Source: Phoronis australis | Taxonomy: Eukaryota > Animalia > Phoronida | Direction: 5' to 3' | Assembly (NCBI GenBank): GCA_002633005.1 | Contig: NMRA01000181.1 | Coordinates: 134,959-198,958 of the forward strand | DNA: 64,000 nucleotides | Part shown: positions 1 through 11,200 of the stretch, piece after piece | Numbering within the stretch: the first letter of the stretch is position 1 | How the letters are laid out: the number at the start of each line of letters is the position of its first letter | Notes under the pieces: generated by a model | Told to the model about the DNA's origin: nothing | The model's input: only the letters and a program-made list of their open reading frames with translations | The model's database searches: none | Made by a program: the position numbers and the translations under genes

Positions 1-4
1 TTAA

Positions 5-1679
5 AGGAGAATGCCACCCAAAAAACAACCTAATTTGTATCAATTTAGATCGAGTAGTCCTACTCCATAACGACACGTACGGTTGCGTTACCTGACACCT
101 GACGGCAGACGGAGGTGTTGAAATTATCCAATGACGTCATCGGTTTCACACGCAGTCTGTTCAGCAGTTCACAACACGGGTTACTGGTGTCATCTTATCG
201 CTTGAAGTCATCGTTTAACACCAATAAATCATCAAACTTCGATGTAAAACCCTCAAAAATACACCGATTTCTTATAAAAATGTGTTGTTTTATTTCGCTC
301 TTACGGATTTATTGGTATTTGGACACACCGTAGCCTACAAAGTTCGGCAGGCCAATAAGGTCCGTAGCAGGAGTTTGGGGTCTGTTCGGAGATAATTTCG
401 AAGTATTTTCCGTGAGATACAGACAGGAGAACCTAGATCTGTGTTGTTTAGACTTGTGATTTTTTGAGTTCTAAACACAAAACGCTTGTTAACCTGGCCA
501 GTGGCTCGGAGCCCGATCAGGCCCGTCGCGGCCGGCCGGATTGACTCCGGCGTTATCCAGGCCAGTGGCTCGGAAACTGATCAGACATCACGAACATAAA
601 CCAGCCAAAGTTCAGTGGAAACTAAGCTTCCAGTCAAGAAAATACTATACTAGTGAGCCAAAATAATGTGCACCTGATTATGTTGGTGAATTAGCCACGG
701 AACTGCAAATCTACTTACTCGTCGCGGGCCGCGAATTTAGGTTCCGCTTTGGCCACAGCACCGTCAGGGCAGAAGTTGTACATTGACAATCATTATTTGA
801 GTAATGTAAATGTAAACAAAGATTCCCTTAACACCTGGCCGTGGGATGGAAATCGAGTTGGTTCACAACAGTTTCTGCCAGCAAACACTAAATTAGCATG
901 AGCTCACACGGCCTCGGTGTCCCGTCAATTAGTTTTATTGCACCTAAAGCCGGTAATGCAGTGATTTATTCATTGCTGGCTTCTCAAATCATTTGCAGTC
1001 ACGGGCCGACCCCAAAGGCATTACAAATTTCATCTAATGAGACAGACTTTGTTTCAGTTTTATATAAGTATTGGTTAGGGTGAGAATAATTCATTTTGAA
1101 ACAGAACGCTCAATAATAAACGCCAACATGGCAACTCGCAATCCCGACGTAGGACGAGCTAGACCTCATCAGTCCCGACTTCGCAGGTGGATCGTTAAGT
1201 TTTACAGGCTATGAATTCGAACAGGAATACAGTGATGAAGAGAGAGGCGCCGTGAACAAGCTCTGACAACGGAACGTATGGAGTTATTTGGTAAGCCGGC
1301 ATTCGTCAGGCACTGTCGACGTCTGCAGGCCATAGACACAGAGATGTTTCACGGCCTCATACTTGCTATTTACAGCGTACATTTCATTCTTCACTACCAC
1401 GAGCCACTTCCTAAGCATTTCGGACTCTCGAGGAAGTAAAAAATGATATACCCGCTTTCCTCGCAGCTGCTTAGTTCGGACAAGTGGGAACGATGCACCG
1501 CAACATAGCGGCATTCACTCTGCATATGAACCACTGACGTCGCTAGCGTCGTTTCTCACCTTCCTCACAGGTTAACGCGACACCTCTTGGCAAGGTAAGG
1601 TCGACCGTATGCGAGGCGAAGTGGATATAGACCGATTAAGACGGCAAAAAAGACTAAATAAATCGGGTGGCATTTTCCT
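5..1679. mobile_element. Non-autonomous Kolobok-type DNA transposon (internal-deletion derivative)
   Basis: TTAA at 1-4 and 1680-1683. Inverted termini AGGAGAATGCCACCC and GGGTGGCATTTTCCT. THAP remnant on - strand (1284-1514) and a KolX-like N-terminal remnant (GYEFEQEYSDEE, about 1208-1243) on + strand, convergent as in the element at 8080-9772. Confidence 0.8.
1284..1514 (-). pseudogene. Truncated THAP domain of a Kolobok transposase
   Basis: MPLCCGA...LRKWLVVVKNEMYAVNSKYEAVKHLCV aligns by eye with WLVRVKNAALPVHATYKAVENYRLCG of ORF 8500-9507. Confidence 0.7.
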
Positions 1680-1681
1680 TT

Positions 1682-1781
1682 AAGTCGATCTTGTCCTTTG
1701 AATAAGTGGAGGTGAGCGGGCGTCAAAATACGTCAAGTCGATCTTGTCCTTTGAATAAGTGGCGGTGAGCGGGCGTCAAAA
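1682..1781. repeat. Tandem duplication, about 53-bp unit x2
   Basis: AAGTCGATCTTGTCCTTTGAATAAGTGG(A/C)GGTGAGCGGGCGTCAAAAT occurs twice, starting at the right TTAA of the Kolobok element. Confidence 0.9.
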
Positions 1782-2120
1782 TTCTATAAATGATGTGCCA
1801 ACTGAAACTGGCTAATTTAAATTAAACGCTTTACTTCCACTTTTTAGATAATGTTTATTCACAGATGAAATATATACATGCCATGGAAAACACGGTCCCG
1901 TAAAAATAGAGTTGACATTACATTTTGTAAGAATAATGTTGCATTGCTGGCAAGAGTTTGTACACATAAAATACTAAAATTAAAATTTACCAAAGCAGTA
2001 TATATTAAAGGTTCTAAACTTAAGACGAAGAATTAGTAAAACAAAATAAAATTTTATTTTCACACATCCTCAATTTCTATGATCTGCCGCTGTGTTCGTA
2101 CACGTGACCTTCAACCGCTC

Positions 2121-2269
2121 CTACTCGGGGATGGCCACCTGTAAACTGCACCACATGTGCGAGAATCCATCCCAGGAATATTGTTCTTGCATTTCACCCC
2201 TGTGTTTAGCTTCGCTTCCAAGACTGTGGGACTCGTGTGAGTTGCAGAAGCAGTCAAACTGTTTGAGTC
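2121..2269 (-). CDS. Putative terminal exon of the minus-strand gene
   Basis: Acceptor tatttag, phase 1, reads LKQFDCFCNSHESH...AIPE then TAG; AATAAA downstream on the - strand. Confidence 0.5.
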
Positions 2270-5200
2270 CTAAATATGTGAAATATGAAAATTAGAAGCA
2301 ACTTTTGGTGCAACAAATAAAATGAAAGACTGATGTTTCACAGTCACCAGTTTAAAGCTGCACCATAAACTAACGTTCTGGCAAACAAACATTTAGATTT
2401 AGACCAATGATGCATGCCGGGCCTGCTCCTAAGGACAGTCTAAAGACGTCTAAAAGGTTCCCGAAGTCAAAATTTTTACGACCGAGGTCTCGAGACCTTT
2501 GAACACGCGCAGCTTCACAGATGCATGACACGCCGATAAGAAACCAAAGTGAAGATGAAAATTTCAAGTGCTTTCCACAAGTTTTGGATGGTAAAATTTT
2601 GCTTTGTATACAGCATGAGGGCTTCAAAAATGAGGCAAAAGTGTATCTACAATTGACTCGGACGGACGAGCGTTACAATATTGAGGATAACTTGAGAGTC
2701 TTGAGTTGTCTCAACTTCATCATGTAAGGTGAAGTAATTCGAAATTTTTCTTAAAGTGCAAATTCTGCATGTTGTGGACCCAAAAACTAATCTCTGTACT
2801 GCACGTGGAGTGGACACTTGACAAACTACTTGGCACACTAAACTTACAAACTTCAATCATGTGACATGAAAGGTTAAGTTTTGAGTCTTGAGTCTGAGAT
2901 GAGTTTGAGGTTAGAGATTAACCCCTGAGCTACAGTAGTGTATGCTGGAAACGCAATAACTTTTTGCGTTTCAAAACTTAAATTCAACCATTTCCCATCA
3001 CCTTTCATATATTTAGGACCCCTCGTTGCGTGATCTGTTGTGTTCAGTATAATACTTACCCAGCTTTCTGTTCATGAGGTTGGCCTACTGATTGTTAGTG
3101 AAATGGTGTTGGATTCTAGACGGAGGCACACCTTTAGGGGGAAATAAATAAACAATTCAAATCAGGTGTAAATTAAAATCTGTTCAATTTTGCTTCCACT
3201 TGCGCACCCGACGATAAAATGTGTGTGTGCTATTGAAAATATTTTGTTTGACATCGATCACCAGAAACATTTTTTACAAATACGACAATATTGCTGCAGT
3301 AAAAATGAGCTCACACTGACAGTCAAAGGTGGAAAAATAAAATATCTTATCTACATGTATATGAAATGACCTACCTATCTTAAACCAGTGAAGGCCAGGC
3401 GAAGGCGGCCTTATCTAGCATACGACACAGTTCTAGAGGACTTCAATCCCACAGAAAAAAATTGTCACAAAATTATTATAACAACCAATCTTCGTTATAC
3501 TAACCAATTTTGAAATTTGACCAGAAATGGTATTTTGAGAACAGCTTCTAGAAATTAAAGGCAGAATAAATACAACATAACGTTTAGAGTTCTTTACAAA
3601 GGCATATAACGTGCAACTGACCAGATACCCTAAACTACCAATTAACTATTAATAAGTTGTAAAGTCAGCACCAGGAAGTACCAGACGATATTTTTAGGAT
3701 TTTGGAAATTTACAGGAGCTGGATGCTCACCCACTTAGAGAGTGGTTCCGAAAAAAAGACACCCATTTGTAAATTGTAGAGGCAGCATCAGGGAGTACCC
3801 AACGATATTTTTAGGGTTTTGAACATTTACATGATGCTTACCCATTTCGAGAGTGATTCCAAAAAAGATACCCCTTTGTAAGTTGTAGAGTCTGCACCAG
3901 GGAGTACCTGACGATATTTTTAGGATTTTGGAAATTTACAGGATGCTTACCCATTTAGAGAGTGATTCCGAAAAAAGATACCCATTTGACGAGAGCTTCC
4001 ATGAAGATTTTATGCTTTCATAGAATTCTGTTCCAGAAACTCCACATTTTGTTAGACTTAACCATTTTGTTGAAAGTCTTCTTCCACCATTAGGCCAGTA
4101 ACAAGGCAAGAAGATGATATTAAAAGTAACTTGTGTGGATTATTAGTTGGAAAAGGAACTTTCTTGTAGAATTTCAAACACTCAAAGTGAACTCTTGCAT
4201 GGAGAAAAGCACCTTTCCGAAGATAATTTTGTCTGAAAAGGCACGTTCAGTATACCTGTTCTATATGAGACACTACCACCAGGACAGTAATCTGTAAACA
4301 GGCGAAAATGAGCAGGAAAGATAGGACAACCACATTGACATGGTTGTATGGTGTAACAATGGCGCATGTCCCAGCATGCCATGCAAGTATCGAATAAGTG
4401 TTCTACTTCAGTTTCAATGAAGTGGCATGAATGGCAGATAAGAGTCAAACTGTCAACTCACCTTTCCGTCTTTTGCGGACACGACTAGATCGAAGTTGTG
4501 TTCGAGTGAGATATATGAACCGTATTACTGGAAACCTTTGGACACCTTAAAATGAAAAGAGCTATTATATAGCAGTATCTAGGCAACAGTTAACTGTACA
4601 GCACAACCATGATTTGATTTATGCAAATTCCGCGTTTCAATAAGTATCCTTGTACGTCCTTGAGTAAACTCATCTAGAACGTTGCATTCATCCAAGTATT
4701 AGGTAGTAAATGCATTATTATAACTGGTCTAATTTATTTGCTTTCCATAGCCCATCAATTGTGTATATTGAGGTACACTGTATTTGGGCTAGGTACAGAG
4801 GTGAGCTTTGCATAACACACGTGAAGATAACAAGACGAAATTTGAGCCAGCGCAGTTGAGAAAGTCGTTGTGCAAGAGAAACAAGCTGATCATGAATCTT
4901 CAAAATATATACAGAAATTTGGATGTTTAGTGATGATGTATCTGCTATTATTATGATCGGTTTTAACTATATATTAATAAAGCACAAAAATAGTTCCTGG
5001 TGATCAGTGCAATGGGCCCAGATGCTCGACCTGCTGACGTCTGGTACAACGTGTACCAGACCGCGTGCAATTATTCTTTTGTAGCTATTATGATGTGATT
5101 TGGAAACGTAAAATAGCAACAGAAATACAGTCTCATCACATTTTCAAAAATGTTGCAGGTCGTGATTTTTTTTTTCGTTTCTGGTAACCATGGGGGCAAT

Positions 5201-8200
5201 TTAACATTCGAAAATTAAAAATATACTTGAATTAATAGGTGTGCTCCGACACATTATATGACTCCAGGAAGTTTAGAAGGATTAAGATTTACTGGGTCCA
5301 TAGCCAGAAAATAATTTTGAAGTGCAAAGTAATTTACAGCACTGCTTTAATGTAGCTTAATTATTATTACTGTTTTTGATTGCGACATTTTAATTTAATT
5401 TGATTGGCTCAAAAGCGTCAAAATCACGTCATACCAAACGAGCGAACTGCTTCCAGGCGCTAAGCAATTTTCATTCCTCTAGCAGGATCTGAAGAGACGC
5501 CTTACCTTGGACCCTCTTGAATTTCTCAGTTGCATTTAGGTGTCTTCTGACATGAGTCTGCTTTATTGTATCCACGGGCAAGTCTTTGGTTGGTTGAAAA
5601 ACAAGAAATGGTTAATCTTTATCACAGTGAATTCGTCACGAGTAATACGAACTGGTCATGACTAACGATTGCAAAAAGGTGACAAGACAAGCAAATTTTG
5701 TGCCCAACTGTACAAAACAGTAAGTGACCTTAGAAAAAGTGACCAATCATCAAGGAAAGGATAAAGAAATAACGAAATGCTGCATTAAGATTTTGTCATG
5801 AGTCAACTGCACGAATACGTCATGGGCTGCAGTTTAAAAATGACTTTCTTTGTAGTTCGTACAGTGATACGAGAGTGAATTGGAAATTGTTGACAGCAAC
5901 CGTACTTGCCATGTGACAGTCTCTAGTTACAAACTGACAGCCACTGAACTACAAACAAAATACAGACTCGGCACGAAATTCACATTTTGCAAATGCAATC
6001 ACTGAAATTTCCTAGTGTAAGTAAGCTCTTTTAACAGAAAGTTAGAATGTTGAAAGTCCAGTGTCCGCTGAACATATGTGCGAACGTAAATTGTTGCAAA
6101 GAATTAAGGGCAGCAAGAAAAAATCAAGCTTTGTTGTTATTCAACTTTTAGGGGTTTAACTGACACGGTGATTTCTTATTACTCACGTCGTATTCAAATG
6201 CTCAGAAGAGATGGTCACACCGTGACAAATTAAGAGACGGTGTCTGAAATCATTATCTATATGATACTGACTACTGCATTACATCAGTCAACTATTTACA
6301 TGCTCGGATGGCAATAAATACATGAGCACGCCCAAACCACTCAAAGGGCTCAACTGTTGATGTCTCAAAGTTTTAGAAGTCGATCTGATGGTCGTTCCAG
6401 GAAACGTGGTCATGCGAGAGCACACAATTTTTATACTAGACTCTACCTCGGGGTAAGTACACAATAGGTAACATTGTTGGCATATGCTGTTTTAGACGCA
6501 TTTCAGTAATACGCTTTGGGGTTATTATTTTAGAAGTCTTCTATTTGCTTTCTTAAATGAACACTTAGCCATTGTTAAGCTGTCAATGTTGAATTCTTAA
6601 CCGAAAAGCTTGGGGTTTAAAAACACTACCACTGACGAGGGTGACAATGACAAATACAGCCTTGACAAACAGTGTTTTCATTGTATTTTGTGAGTAAATT
6701 ATACAAAGTAAATAGCAAAACAGTTTTAAATTACCTCCCCTCCAATACTTCACCGAGGTGGTTTGGACATGTTTCGAGTTTCCAACGAGACGTCGCTTTA
6801 CCTTCAGTCTTCGTGAACCTGAGAAAGAGCAAAATATTCTACTTCAAGATTTCAAAGGTGCAATGAACCCACATGCTAACGTTTGACAACTCTCCATTGC
6901 AAAATTGGCCTCAACGTTTGTCCTATTCTGATTAGAAGTGAATTCTAAGTTTGAAAATGATGACATTTCCGTATTGCTCTGGGTTCAACGACTCATAAAA
7001 TAAAAAGCCACTTAAAATGGCCAACAGAATTAAACCAACTTCTTGGTCGTTGTCTGAATAATCATGAAAATGAAATAATGAACATTAGTAAACAATTCGT
7101 GTGTCACATTTACCAGGTGTTTGCATCTTCTATGTCACTACATGAAGTACGTGCTAGCTGTAAATTAAAGAGTTCCCACCATGACCCTGTTTTTCAAAAA
7201 GATTTTTATTACTACATCTTAAGAGATTTAATAGCCTTTAGAAATAAGAATACTTGTTGCTAAGAAAGCAGCCAAAAATTAAACAAAAACCCTTTTCTGT
7301 TATCGGAGTTGTACGTAATGGGTGGAAGACCATCTCCACAGTTGTTGTTTTTACCAGTGCGATTCTGAAGAATTGTGAGGAAAGTCTGCGGGGACCTGCT
7401 TTTTTCAGACATGGTTAGGTGCGTTTGTGGAGGCTGCAACTTGGCTGAGAACATCTCTCTGTTCGAATTTCCTAACGACATGAAAGTTGCACTGAAATGG
7501 CATCGGTTTGTGCGCCGTACGAGAGTGAGGAATGACAGTGTGGAACATAACGATTTGTTCGTGAGCCACAATTTGTTCGGCATATTCGTTTCAGTTAAGG
7601 AATCGTGTTTCGACCAAATACAAAAGCGGCGTTACGATGAAGGATTTGCCCCTTTGTAAGTGTATTTCCAAATTTTATAAACAACGAATAAACTGCTTTC
7701 ATTCTAAGGCGGGCGATGCCAGGCCCTCGATCGACCCCTACTCAGATTGAGTGCTACAAAATGCAGGCTTATGCACTGTGTTCAGACGGTGCTAATTCCA
7801 TCATTGCAATACGAGGGACCCAGTTTTAATGTGGCCTTTGTCAGGGATTACTAAGTTTTCTGAATATTAACAATCCCTTGGTTCAGTTGCTTGTGGCTCA
7901 CTTATGTCCGCAGCATTTCTCTGCAAGTGGGTTGGATTCACATGGCCAGCTCACAAAAGTTATGCTAAGTGAGAAATCGAATTTGTTGTCAGATTCTTTT
8001 AGTACTTGAGAGTGATGCCGTATCCACTCTCCTCTGTCTGCATAAAAACAATCCAGTTCTCACTCAAAATCGTCTTTAAAGGCAAAGGCAACCCTTTTCC
8101 ATGTCATTTGGAGCTACAATAAGGTTGGTTGGTTATCCTAGACATATTTTCCACTTAATTACAGCTTTTCGTAATTTTATAGATTACTCGTCCGCTACTC

Positions 8201-11200
8201 CGGAAGTGACGTTTTAGGAGTCAAGCGTTTCCCACCACTTGGTTTTGTGTTGACTTTACCGTGCGAATCTGTTCTAGTCTACTTTTGTTTTGTGCTGTTT
8301 TTCAACAATTGTCGCCACCACTTTCCATCGGCGAGTATTCTGCGGCAAGATAGGTTAGTAGAGAACTCAACTACGTTGGATTTAGGGATTGTTTAGTGTG
8401 TTGTAAGCTGAAAATGGCTGGAGTCGGTGACCCGTATCACAGTGACAGTAGTGTGAGTGACGGAGACCTTGTTCACAGCAGTGGTGACGATGGATTTTTT
8501 CACGGACATTCAGTGGGTGTGTACATGTTTGAGCCGGAGTATAACGAGGCAGAGTACGCACAGGCACAGGCAGCTGTTGAGAGAAACGAGGCGGCTACTG
8601 AGGACAGACGTGGTGACACATCTTGGTGCAAATGCACTGTGTGCGTTGTTATGCCTACCTCAATGGAATGCTTGTGCTGTTCAGAGTTCGACGAGGCCAA
8701 GTCACTACTGGACATGGTTAAGTGGACCTCCGGCATACCACGGACAGAGGAACAACTGTCCCACTTGCCAGAGTGTCCCGCGACACACTCCCACTGGATG
8801 GTGACCTGAGCACCCAAACTGCTTACATCGTGTCGTGTGACTCCCTCGCCACACACCTGGCACCTTCTAAATAGCTCCAACACTTTAGACAAGTCCACAA
8901 TAAACTTATCAAAGTTTGGCTCACCGATCTGTTCACTGGACGACGAACTGTCCTCTTCACTGGGTGTCGAACTGAGCCTGTAATCACTCCCACTACTCAA
9001 TATCGCTGCAGGGCTGCTTAGAGGCTCTGGGCTGGAGAAAACAGCACAGAGCGAATCACTACTGGTTCCAGGAATTGCACGCTCTGGGGTACGTTCGGAG
9101 GCACGGGTGACAGTAGATGAAGTGCCTCCACTGGCTCCAGTCACTGTACTGGCCACAGCTCGCGAGGCTTCTCGCTTCAAATGCGCACTTCTCGAGGGTG
9201 GCGACGGGGCACTGCCGGGAATCAACACAGACGGAATGACAACCTTCTTCAGACGTTGTTTCGCAGGGACCTCCATCAGTTCAGCGTACAAATCCCTTTC
9301 GTAATCGGACGGCAGAAAGTGCTTGCCGCACAAACGGTAATTCTCCACTGCTTTGTACGTTGCGTGGACGGGTAACGCCGCGTTCTTCACACGAACGAGC
9401 CAAGTACGGCGAAGTGCGTCATCCATCGGAAAGCGATGCAAAGGTACTCCCAAAGCGCGCGTGAGCCGATAATTAGTATATCCTGGTACGCAGCAACAGT
9501 GTTGCATATTGACTAACTAGTAAATGAAAGCAAACGACGACGGAACTTAACACAACCGAGGTAGAACAATGACTGACTCGGCAGCTCTCACAGTCAGACT
9601 ATATGAAAAGAAATTGGCGCGAAATGCTTGCCTCCTAAAACGTCACTTCCTGAAGAGCGGACGAGTAATTAATAAAATTACGAAAAGCTGTAATTAAGTG
9701 GAAAATATGTCTAGGATAACCAACCAACCTCATTTTAGCTCAAAATGACATGGAAAAAGGTTGCCTTCGCCTTTAAGTCTTCTGATCAGCTGTGTTCCGC
9801 AATTACACGCGACAAAACGTCTTCCACCCAATAACCATTTTGCCCGGAAACTTAGAAATAGTACATTTTTCTTCAAAATCAAAAATTCGCGACTATTTTG
9901 CATACAAAATGCTTATTTAGTCCGCTAACTGAAACCTCAAAAACTAAGGAAATGCATGGTGAGAACTCTTTTGGTACAATCCATCCAAATTGTCTATAAA
10001 GTACATCCCAATACAAACGAGGTTAACGGAGAAAGAAATGTATTTGTAAAATAGGAAGTATGTCAGTCAAGTAACACTCATTAGCTGTTTTCTGAATCTT
10101 TGTAAAACTTAGAAAGAAGAAGAAAAGGTAATACAAACCTTTGACCATCCTGTGAGCAACTAGTGGGTCAGGTCTCTCCGACTCTTCATAACTGGTGCCA
10201 GCAGCGAAACCTAGGAAATTAGTAAAAGCACATTTGATTTGATTTGTTTCTTACTGATAACACACTCGGAATTTTTTAAACCAAAACTGAATGAAACTTT
10301 TTTCGCAAAACTTCACAAAGATCCATCAAGAGAATTAAGAGACAAAGTATTTTTGAGAGCACAAAAATGTCGAAACACTGCACCTAAGTTTGGAATTAGA
10401 AATGTGCAATTGATATAAACGACACACACACCTGGTTCACTTTCGGGCTTAGATGTTTCACAAGATTTTCCTGAGAGCACGAGACTTGCACCAGATGCGA
10501 TTTTGCCTCCATCCAGAGTTTCTATCTCAGCACCTTCAAAACATTGGTTTAACTCGTCAACCACTGAATAATATGAAAATACACCATTTTCATGACTCTC
10601 TTCAAAAATTTTCAAATAAAATTGCCTGAATAACTCACAAGATCCGTCATGGACTGCCAATTAATTTCCGCGAAAGGAATCGAGATATAAAGTATACTTG
10701 AGTGCACGAAAACGTAAAAGCACTGCACCTCAAAATACAATTAGAAATGCAGAATCAACATAGAGACATACACACCTGGGTCCCTTTCAGGTATAGATAT
10801 TTCATAAGATTTTCCTGTGAGCACGAGTTTTGCTAGACATGTGATTTTGCCTTCATCCGGGATTTCTAACCCAGCACGTTCGAAGCATAGCTTTAATTCC
10901 TCGACCACTGAATCATCTGAAAATACACCAGTTTCACGACTCTCGTCAAAAGATTGCAAATTAAGCAACCTAAATAAATCACAAGATTTGTCAGGAACTG
11001 CTAATGAGGAAGAGGAATCAACGACTTCAGAATATTCACTGAAGTTACTGTCGTTTCCAACAAGCTTAAGTACACAAAAATGATCATTGCCAACTTTAAC
11101 AATGGCAGATGCAAAACTTTTAATGTAGAAAGACATAAATTTGCCGAAATTATAACCTACACAATCTGCATGAAAATTTCTGACGCATATTTGGCAAAAT

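Larger units (their letters stand above)
8080..9772. mobile_element. Kolobok DNA transposon, internally deleted, with about 150-bp TIRs
   Basis: TTAA at 8076-8079 and 9773-9776. Long near-perfect TIRs (AGGCAAAGGCAACC...GGAAGTGACGTTTTAGGAG and its inverse). Convergent THAP-transposase N-terminus and KolX N-terminus. Confidence 0.9.
7169..9969. mobile_element. Outer Kolobok-like element with a degenerate THAP gene, interrupted by the inner Kolobok
   Basis: TTAA at 7165-7168, then AGAGTTCCCACCATG; inverted CATGGTGAGAACTCT at 9955-9969 (right flank TTTG, not TTAA). THAP pieces on + strand: MVRCVCGGC...FEFPND...KWHRFV (from 7411) and HLCPQHF...LESDAVSTL (about 7900-8030). Confidence 0.65.

Noticed and set aside
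8396-8809. Host P2X7 receptor gene
   Set aside because: No transmembrane or ectodomain sequence; only the Cys cluster, inside transposon TIRs.
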